DNA of 64,000 nucleotides from Holosporaceae bacterium (GTDB lineage Bacteria; Pseudomonadota; Alphaproteobacteria; UBA7879; UBA5542): NCBI GenBank assembly GCA_022646525.1, contig CP060261.1, positions 583,646 to 647,645 of the forward strand, read 5' to 3'. Shown piece by piece: positions 56,740 to 64,000 of this stretch (position 1 is its first letter; each line of letters starts with the position of its first letter). The notes under the pieces were generated by a model. It saw only the letters and a program-made list of their open reading frames with translations, ran no database searches and was not told where the DNA came from. The position numbers and the translations under genes were made by a program.

Positions 56740-57602
56740 CTAGAAAGAATATCCGATGCCCACACCACCTTCTTTTTTTTCGCCTGCGTTTGCAACGGTG
56801 AGATTACCTGTAAAGCGAAGCCCGGCAAGGCGGCCCGGAATACGGTGTAAAGACCCACAGTGGCCGCAGAAGAGCCCCGATAAGCGCCCACACCCACGCC
56901 AATGGCGGTATGCTTATTGCTGGGCATTTGCACCTGGGCATTGGCAATGGACACTTGCATGGCGCCTAAGTTATTGACACGTCGTTCGATATTGTCGAAT
57001 TGATGTCCTAAAATATGGTGATGGTTATCGACATATTCTTTGGTGGCGACGTCGTGCCCATTAATGGGTGTGGCTACATTTGTAATGCGGCGATATTGAT
57101 AGGTGGCTGCATCTCCAACTTGGCCCGAACCAACAGATACGGCGTATTCTCTGTGTGATTGAGAAAAAGAACCAATAGCAATGGATCCTTCATGGTTAAC
57201 CAAAGCCCTATACCCAAGAGCGGTTGCGCTGGCGGCATTTGCAGTGGACCTTGACCCAATAGCTAATGAATTTACCCCTTGTGATTGGGCATCACTACCA
57301 ATAACAAGGGAGTTAGCGCCACTTGGATTAGCACTTGCACCAATGGCAGCAGATGTATTTCCCACTGGGTCTTGAAGTTCGCCCGCATTGTACCCAATGA
57401 CGACTGATCGATCTTCATTAGTTCGGGCATCATGCCCAATGGCTGTGGACGTGCCCAGTGTTGCTGAAGCACCATCACCAATTGCAACACCTGCAGCCTG
57501 CACATGTGTGGGCAACAGAAGCGCGAGTAAGAGAATAAGAGAGGTAATTTCTAAAGATTTACTTAGAAAAAAAGACTTCATGTTTCTGTTTTGTAAGATC
57601 AT
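56740..57602 (-). pseudogene. YadA-like trimeric autotransporter adhesin 1 (signal peptide in frame, one frameshift near 56834 before the membrane anchor)
   Basis: MILQNRNMKSFFLSKSLEITSLILLLALLLPTHVQA. Head repeats (SVVIGYNA, SLVIGSDA, SLAIGSRS, SIAIGSFS). Neck YRRITNVATPINGHDVATKEYVD. Anchor ..TAIGVGVGAYRGSSAATVGL.. then shifted GRLAGLRFTGNLTVANAGEKKEGGVGIGYSF-stop. Confidence 0.85.
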
Positions 57603-57684
57603 CGAATGATCTCTCCCCATTACTTATATGTGTATTGTATCAATTAAACCTGTAAAAAAAAAGCCCATATTTTTCTGAAGGTTA
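57495..57684. repeat. adhesin 5' cassette, copy 1 (upstream region + leader + signal peptide)
   Basis: Nearly identical to 58465-58656 apart from homopolymer lengths and a TA insertion. More diverged from 59471-59663. Confidence 0.9.
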
Positions 57685-57718
57685 CCATAAAAAAAGGGTT
57701 TTTTAAGAAAGTTAATTA

Positions 57719-58571
57719 TTAGAATGCGTAGCCAATGCCCGCACCACCGGCTTTGTCGCCTGTGTTTGACAATGTAAAGTTGCCCGAAAGTTGAAGGCCA
57801 TTAAAGCGCCCTGGTCCACGTTGCTTAACGGCAAGGGTGGTGGCCTTGGCTTGCTGATAGGACCCCACACCAATACCTATCGCAGTGGATTTCCCTTCTG
57901 GAATGTGGATGCGGGCATTGGCGGTTGACATGCGCATGGCATTCACTTTGTTGACTTGGTCATCCAAATTTTTCACTTGAACATGTTTATCTTGATCGAC
58001 ATACCCTTTGGTTGCGGCATCATGATCATCAATGGGGCTGGCCACATGGGTGATGCGTCGATATTGGTGGGGTTGCCCGGCTTGGCCTGACCCTACCGAC
58101 ACAGTGTAAGCGGCTGATGTGGTGGAGAAGGCGCCAAGGGCCACCGCGTGTTCGTGTTGGGCATGTGCAAGAGACCCAAAGGCCGTGCCGCCTTCAAGAT
58201 CGGCCCGTGCCCCTGCACCGATGGCGGTGCCAAATTGTTGTGTTGTCGTTGTTCTGTTGCCATCAATAGTTGCACCAATGGCGATGGACTGATCGCCGCC
58301 AGCGTTTGCATCATGGCCAATGGCGATGGACTGATCGCCGCCAGCGTTTGCATCATGGCCAATGGCAATGGACTGATCACCTGCTGCATTTGCATCATGG
58401 CCAATGGCGATGGCGCTATCGCCGGCAGCGGCAGCCCCTGGCCCTCTGCAACCGCATCTGCCCCAGCCTGCACATGTGTGGGCAACAGAAGCGCGAGTAA
58501 GAGAATAAGAGAGGTAATTTCTAAAGATTTACTTAGAAAAAAGACTTCATGTTTCTGTTTTGTAAGATCAT
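57719..58571 (-). pseudogene. YadA-like trimeric autotransporter adhesin 2 (2 frameshifts: poly-T in the signal peptide and a G run after it)
   Basis: Same leader as adhesin 1 but with a T6 tract. Head with GHDANAGGDQSIAI repeats. YRRITHVASPIDDHDAATKGYVD. The anchor ends GAGIGYAF-stop (57719). Confidence 0.85.
58277..58402. repeat. 3 x 42-bp in-frame tandem repeat inside adhesin 2 (two copies identical)
   Basis: 58277-58318 is identical to 58319-58360 (AATGGCGATGGACTGATCGCCGCCAGCGTTTGCATCATGGCC). 58361-58402 is diverged. Each unit encodes GHDANAGGDQSIAI on the minus strand. Confidence 0.9.
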
Positions 58572-58656
58572 CGAATGATCTCTCCCCATTACTTATATAT
58601 GTGTATTGTATCAATTAAACCTGTAAAAAAAAAAGCCCATATTTTTCTGAAGGTTA
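58465..58656. repeat. adhesin 5' cassette, copy 2
   Basis: See copy 1. Confidence 0.9.
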
Positions 58657-58667
58657 ATAATTTTTTT

Positions 58668-59586
58668 TTAAAGTATAGCCGGTTTCTTTTGAAAAACTTT
58701 TGTTGATTTCTGTTTAAAAGCGTAGCCGACGCCTGCACCACCCGCTTTATCGCCTGCGTTTGCGATGGTAAAGTTGCCGGTGAATTGTAACCCGCTGAGG
58801 CGCGCCCCGGCATGCGGTGTGTGATGCCCATTGTGGTGGCTGTGGACCCGTGATAAGTACCCATGCCAATCCCCACAGCGGTTCTTTTTTTATCTGCTAA
58901 ATCAACTTGCGCATTAGAAATGGACATTTGCATGGCGCCGATTCGATTGATACGGTTTTTGATGACATTTGATTGGATACTAACATCATAGCTGTTTCTA
59001 TCCGCATACTGTTTGTTGGCCGCATCATGGGCATTTATAGGATCGGCCACATTAATGATAGGGCGGTTGAAGTGGAATTGATTTTCCACACCTGAGCCCA
59101 CCGTTACCGTGTAGGTGTCGCTGGGTTGTGCAAATGTACCGATCGCAACAGAGCCTTCATGGTCGGCAAAGGCGCTGTGCCCAAAGGCGCTTGCATATGT
59201 ATCGCTTGCGCGTGATCTTGTTCCCGTGGAGGTGGCTTGTAAACCTTCTGCGGATGAGGAACCGATAGCGATCGAAAATGCGGCACCCTTGGCGCCTGCA
59301 CCAATATTAATGGAGCTTTGCCCAATACTAGATCCTATGTAGGACCCAGAGAGATAGCCAATTGTAATGGAATTAGGCATGTTGGCAGCTGTTCCATTGC
59401 CGATGGCGATAGATTCTTGGCCTGTTGCTGTAGCGTTAGGCCCATTTTGATAGGCATTTGCTCCAAGAGCAGCCTGCACGCGGTTGGGAAGCAAGGTGAA
59501 TAGAAGCGCGAATAAGAGAATAAGAGAGGTAATTTCTAAAGATTTACTTAGAAAAAATATTTTGTTTTTATATTTTGTAAGATCAT
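58668..59586 (-). pseudogene. YadA-like trimeric autotransporter adhesin 3 (frameshifts in the signal peptide and before the anchor, and no stop after the terminal Phe)
   Basis: MILQNIKTKYFF-stop at the T6 tract, then LSKSLEITSLILLFALLFTLLPNRVQA. Heads ESIAIGNG, SITIGYLS, SIAIGSSS, SVAIGTF. NRPIINVADPINAHDAANKQYAD. Shifted anchor LQFTGNFTIANAGDKAGGAGVGYAF then 16 extra codons. Confidence 0.8.
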
Positions 59587-59663
59587 CGAATGATCTCTCC
59601 CCATTACTTATACCTATTATTGTATCAATTAAAAGTATAAAAAAAAAAGCCCATATTTTTCTG
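59471..59663. repeat. adhesin 5' cassette, copy 3 (diverged, internal ATG region replaced)
   Basis: Shares GAATAAGAGAGGTAATTTCTAAAGATTTACTTAGAAAAAA...GTAAGATCATCGAATGATCTCTCCCCATTACTTATA...GCCCATATTTTTCTG with copies 1 and 2. Confidence 0.85.
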
Positions 59664-59752
59664 GACTTTAGAGGTGTTTGGGAGGGGAGTGGTAAGTTGT
59701 AGGCAGCCCTTTCAGTTGCGGCCTTTTAAGAGTGGCCTTTAAGAGTGGCCTT

Positions 59753-60952
59753 TTAGGCGTGATTGTGGGGCCCAACATTTTCGACAGTGTTGTCAGGTGC
59801 ATCATCTCCTTGACTGAAGTGGGTTAATACGTTCTCTAAAAACGGCCCATAGGTGTGGATGCTGACGGGAAGCGTAAGGTTTGGCACCGCATTTAAAGGC
59901 GTTGTTGTGAGGGTTTTTGCAAGTCGTGCATCTTCAAAATCGGGTGTGGTGATGGCAAAAGCAATGCGGTGAAGCACCCGCATGACTTGTTGTTGAGTGC
60001 GCCAAGGGTGGGGGCCACGATAGAACATTTTGGCCGCCTCGAAAATATTATTTTCAATTTGAGAGCGATAGGGACTAGATGGAGTGTTTGGGTGCCTGCT
60101 GTTCGACACTTTCGACATTATAGAATATGTATCATCATTTGTGCCTTTCGTCAAAAAAAGAGGTCAGAGGGATACCTGTCCGTATCATTAAAAGTGAAGA
60201 TATTCGTAGTATTTTCTGTGACTTCAGGGTCAAGGGTGGTGATGGTGTTGCGCAACCAGTACGCTAGTACACGCACTTCGCCTAAGTTATAGTCGGCACG
60301 GGACATCATTGCCCCGATGACATCGACAAGCATGAAGAAGTCGTTCATGCGCACCCAGCCCCCTGTGGCATGGTGGAGGGTATCGACTAAATAGGTGAAA
60401 ATGAGGTGCGGATCATCGGGATTGGGTAGCGTAAGAAAGTTAGCGTTTCGGCCGGGATTCCCTTTGGGAGTGCCATTTTACCTGTAAAAAGGTGGCAAGA
60501 AAATCAGGTGCCGGTTCACCATCATCGGTGTGCACAAGGTTTCAATTTTTATGTGTGTGGTAGAGCAACCAATATTTTAGGCGGCCTGCCGCACGCTGTT
60601 GATCGGCGGTTGTAAAGTCTGTCCTGCCGTCGGTGGAGTTGAGAAAATTAAATATTTGATCAAGTTCATTGACATAGGTTTGAATGGTAGCTGCTGCACC
60701 GTCGTTAAGCGTGTGTGTGGTGCCATCGGGAAGGGTGACGGGCGCTGTTTTAAAACGCGCCCAAAAATCTTCTGCCGGGGGAACAAATTCGGCCTGTTCA
60801 GGTGGGGGGGGGGCGGTGTGAACAGTGGCACTATAGCCGTTTTCGTTATGGCCGGGTTTTTCTTCGGTGGCGGCGGCGTGACCGAGCAGGGGCAGCCCCC
60901 CAAACAGGCAACACAATAAAATAATGCGGTAATAAATTTTGATGTAGGGCAT
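59753..60952 (-). pseudogene. secreted hypothetical protein (about 400 aa if joined), several frame breaks and one in-frame TGA
   Basis: SD AAGGAG and ATG 60950-60952 give MPYIKIYYRIILLCCLFGGLPLLGHA (signal peptide). ORFs 60542-60952, 60151-60354 and 59753-60154 plus a shifted stretch between them read as one colinear product. Confidence 0.5.
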
Positions 60953-60990
60953 GGGGGTGTCTCCTTGTTGTTTTGATTAGATTTATTTTT

Positions 60991-61734
60991 TTAGTTATGG
61001 TTGCCTGACGGGAAAAGTTCAGCTTTCAGTTTGGTGTGCACTTCATCAATGTTCCACGGAGGTGCTTGCGACAGGGCATGGGATAGGGCCGTTTGTTTTA
61101 AGTCGTCTTCTGGTTCGGTGCCCATGATGAAGGTGGCAACGGTGTGAAAAATGGTGCCTGCATGATCAGCGCTCATGCCGTCGCGCAGAAATTTTTTGCT
61201 CCACTGAATGGCCTGTTCGATGGATTGATTATCACCTTGGCAAACGGTGTAAAGAATTGTGTGGGTTTGAATCCACCAGTCAAGTGTCATTGGCATATCG
61301 TGCTGGGAATTGACAGCGTTTGTGCAAATAGTGTCAAGTGTTTGAAGGGTAGGATCAATGTCAATGACAGCGTCGTCTTCTGACGTTGAGAGAAGCTGCA
61401 GAAAGCTTTGTAGCATGGTATCAAACCAATCATAAAGGGAAGCCCATGGGCGGCCGTTGTGGGTGATGTTTTAGAATGTGTTCTAAAAAGGTGTGCACTT
61501 GGTCATCTGTGAGACTTTTCTGGATGATTTGAAAGAGTGGGGTTACCTTTTGTTCAAACATTTTTTTTGTTTCTGGTTCATTCGTAGCGGGATCGATGCT
61601 GGGTTTAAAAAAGCGCTGAGCTGGGCGACCATAGACTGAAGGGGTTGATCTTCGGCGTCGACTGCGCTGGAAAGCGGGGTGCCCAGTAAGCAAAGCATTA
61701 GGATGCAAAGGATAGAGGGGACGGGTTTATACAT
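60991..61734 (-). pseudogene. secreted hypothetical protein (about 247 aa if joined), frameshifted
   Basis: ATG 61732-61734 gives MYKPVPSILCILMLCLLGTPLSSA (signal peptide). Pieces in ORFs 61543-61887, 61430-61708 and 60991-61416. Confidence 0.5.
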
Positions 61735-61745
61735 AAGATTCCTTT

Positions 61746-62528
61746 CTATGCGGCTGCTGCCATGGGCAATTGAAGCTCTTGTTGAAGTCTCTGCAAGGTG
61801 TTTTGGGGTTGCCACGGGTTTTGCAGATAATCTTGGTGTGCTTGCACAAGAAGCGGATACCCCAAAGGGTTTAATTTTTGTGCGCACGTGCGGGCCAAGT
61901 TGATAAACGTATTGATCGAGTGATGCTGGCCATCAAAAAATAGATTTGCCCACCAAAAACTGCTGACAATGTGATTGTAGTTTTGTCTAAGGTCGCGGAA
62001 TAGTGCCAAAATGGGGTTGAAGTGGGCGCGGTGATCGGCGGCAGAAAACTGGGGTAAGTAAGTGTTAATGATGTATGCCAACGCCCAGTAGGGCATCGTC
62101 TGTATATTTAGTATAGGATGATATGAAAAAAGTGGGAGGTTTTGAACACCCACTTGTTCGAATGTGGTGATAAGGTTTTCGGCCAACGCTAGGCGCGCAG
62201 CCAAACCTTCTTCGCCTGCTTGGGCTGTATAGGATTGCCTAAAACAATACCCCACCGCATAAAAAATAGTGCTGTAATGAAAGGGGCCCCACCTTTCTTC
62301 AAGGGCTTTGCCTTGGGCTTTAAGTTCTTCTAAGGCGGTGCTGTCGGGGGCAACATTTAAAGCGTTAGCCAGAAAAGGTAACGGTGCGATGTTCATGTAA
62401 GGTGGGGCCTCTTGTTCAATGTGGGGCGACGGTGCACCTTGTGCGGCACCATAACTGGAGACGGGAAGACACAGAAAAGAGGTAGAAAGAAGTGAGGTGA
62501 TCCACACCATTTTAAAAATGTTTAACAT
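61746..62528 (-). CDS. secreted hypothetical protein (260 aa)
   Basis: Intact ORF with the signal peptide MLNIFKMVWITSLLSTSFLCLPVSSYG. Its stop lies 11 nt from the next start. Confidence 0.6.
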   Translation of the reverse strand: MLNIFKMVWITSLLSTSFLCLPVSSYGAAQGAPSPHIEQEAPPYMNIAPLPFLANALNVAPDSTALEELKAQGKALEERWGPFHYSTIFYAVGYCFRQSYTAQAGEEGLAARLALAENLITTFEQVGVQNLPLFSYHPILNIQTMPYWALAYIINTYLPQFSAADHRAHFNPILALFRDLRQNYNHIVSSFWWANLFFDGQHHSINTFINLARTCAQKLNPLGYPLLVQAHQDYLQNPWQPQNTLQRLQQELQLPMAAAA

Positions 62529-62588
62529 TGTGTACTTTCTTATCCCTATTTTTATGACGTGTCTCTGTTTTAAGTGGCGACTTTCTTT

Positions 62589-63477
62589 TTATTGAATGGT
62601 GTTACGCATCATCTGAAAAAGGAAACAAAATATCTGCCAGAGGGGGGCAAGTTCGTCGGGGTTGATATCAAGATGTGCGCTCCCATAAAATTATTCCGCA
62701 AAAATGCCCTTAGCATGGGCAACCTTTATTAAGGCTAGAGCGATGTTGCGGGTGGAATCAAGGGTCAAAAAAGCATGAATTCTTAATGTGCTGAACTTTC
62801 TGTAAAAAAAGTTTCTCTGTTTAAGAATCGTCGTGGGTAGAGTGTCTTCTATTCGTTGTTGTAAACTCTGATGGGGGCATATACAGCATGTGTTTCAGTT
62901 TAGAGTGCAGATGGTGCGGGTTGCAGTTTATCTTGGGCAAACAGCTGAGGCGATTTTTCTTTATCTGTGTCGGATAAGTGGGGATTTAAAAAACTTTCTA
63001 AGTACGTTGGCACAGGTAGGCATGGTTTGTGGATGAGCTGGGCGCAGCAGATGCTGTTGGATGAGGGCGAAAATGCGGTGTTGAAGCAGATCGTCCCTTC
63101 TTGAACAAACTCGATGAGTGACTCGATGGCACTTTTTAAAGCTGGGGTGATAATATCACTGTCAGTTGGCGCATGGCCTTGTGCCATAAGATCTTTTTTT
63201 TTGTTTTGTTTTCATAAGCCTGTGCAAGTGAAGATAGCCGAAAAAACTGCTGTGTGGTGAGGTCGGTGGTATTCACATCGTATCGGGTGTCGAACATTGC
63301 CTTGTATTGGGCTAAGTCGGGCCCTGCTTGAGATGTGTGTGGGCGATTGAGGCTATTTTCTGATTCAAACATGGCGTGTGCAGCGGGGCTGCCCCACATG
63401 ATACCAAGTGCCAGCGCCAAGACGCATGTGGGAAAAATGTGAAAGAGAAGAGGGTTCTGTGAGAAAAAAAGGTGCAT
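62589..63477 (-). pseudogene. secreted hypothetical protein, frameshifted (3' extent uncertain)
   Basis: SD GGAGG and ATG 63475-63477 give MHLFFSQNPLLFHIFPTCVLALALGIMWGSPAAHA. ORFs 63136-63489 and 62900-63187, with possible further open frames to 62589. Confidence 0.45.
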
Positions 63478-63533
63478 GGGGGCCTCCACTATTTTATAAA
63501 TTTAGATTGTACCCCCATGCTTTTACAGTGCGT

Positions 63534-63966
63534 TTATTCTTCTTGCAAGGTTTCTGGTGTTAAATAGCGTTCTAAGTCAGTTACAGGGTTGCCGGTTAAT
63601 TCTGGGCAGTCATCAAGATGTGACAGCAAGTCATTTTCGGTGCCGGCATCAATATTTTTGTGGGCTTGATACCATGCAATGCAAAGGCTTAGAACGCGGC
63701 CTTCTTTACCACGATAGCCAAGCAGTTTTTTACCCATGCGGCTGAGTACTTCTTCCGTATCTGGGCCCGAGAGCGGGGCAAGAGGGGCAGTGACCTTGGT
63801 AAAAAAAATCATGGTGTTTACCGTTAACATCGACATCACGCCCACCGAAAACATGGGTGTGTAGTGCTGTGATTTTGGTCGGCGTGAGGACGGCATCTTC
63901 ATCGGATGCATGCAGTAAGGGGGTGCACAGCACCAGTGCTAAGAAAAAAGTGAGGTGTTTATACAT
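63534..63966 (-). pseudogene. secreted hypothetical protein (about 144 aa), one frameshift
   Basis: ATG 63964-63966 gives MYKHLTFFLALVLCTPLLHA (signal peptide). ORFs 63730-63966 and 63534-63911 join near an A8/T8 run around 63800. Confidence 0.5.
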
Positions 63967-64000
63967 AGTAGGTTCCTTCCTGTTGTGCTGTGTATGTATA

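Noticed and set aside
58148-58618. Plus-strand ORFs (156, 76 and 75 codons) over the adhesin genes, with striking internal repeats (NGDGLIAASVCIMA x3)
   Set aside because: The repeats are the antisense image of the 42-bp head repeat. The minus strand encodes a complete YadA-like architecture (signal peptide, head, neck, anchor), so the plus-strand ORFs are artefacts.
59721-59760. Three tandem copies of about 13 bp, GGCCTTT(T)AAGAGT, overlapping the stop of gene 59753-60952
   Set aside because: The repeat is very short and imperfect, with no obvious hairpin or known motif. It is probably a slippage remnant, so it is not reported as a feature.
60542-60544. In-frame TGA in the secreted-protein gene 59753-60952 as evidence for UGA recoding (Trp or Sec)
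   Set aside because: Conserved genes in the window clearly terminate on TGA (for example dnaN at 10028-10030 and the Gfo/Idh/MocA gene). No SECIS-like context was evident. Given the indel load, a local error or a real nonsense mutation is more likely.

Overview
About 64 kb of an alphaproteobacterial chromosome. Housekeeping blocks (gpmI/envC-like/ctpA, dnaN-recF-gyrB, a class A PBP, tdk, an ATM1-type ABC exporter, secB, an RND pump, fdxA, cmk-rpsA) alternate with accessory DNA. By inference this accessory DNA is typical of an obligate intracellular, amoeba- or eukaryote-associated Rickettsiales/Holosporales-like symbiont.

Accessory content:
- An island next to tRNA-Arg(CCT)/tRNA-Gln(TTG), carrying a ParB-like/methyltransferase gene, decayed msrBA and nitroreductase genes, a tandem-WH2 (actin-binding) protein and two paralogous Cys-rich secreted proteins.
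- An RcGTA/HK97-like head module (portal, protease, capsid, connector, head closure, DUF3168) without terminase or recognisable tail genes. It is split by an RNI-type LRR gene cassette.
- More LRR genes, a Sel1-repeat gene and a kinase-fold gene.
- A GC-rich tail-fibre-like gene.
- Three tandem YadA-like trimeric autotransporter adhesin genes.
- A co-directional array of five orphan signal-peptide proteins.

Main caveat: roughly two thirds of the loci I could delineate are broken by frameshifts as sequenced. This includes essential dnaN (1 break) and gyrB (at least 5), and where I traced the breaks they usually fall in homopolymer runs. Many 'pseudogene' calls below may therefore be sequencing indels rather than biology. 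No CRISPR array, IS element, integrase or rRNA gene was seen.
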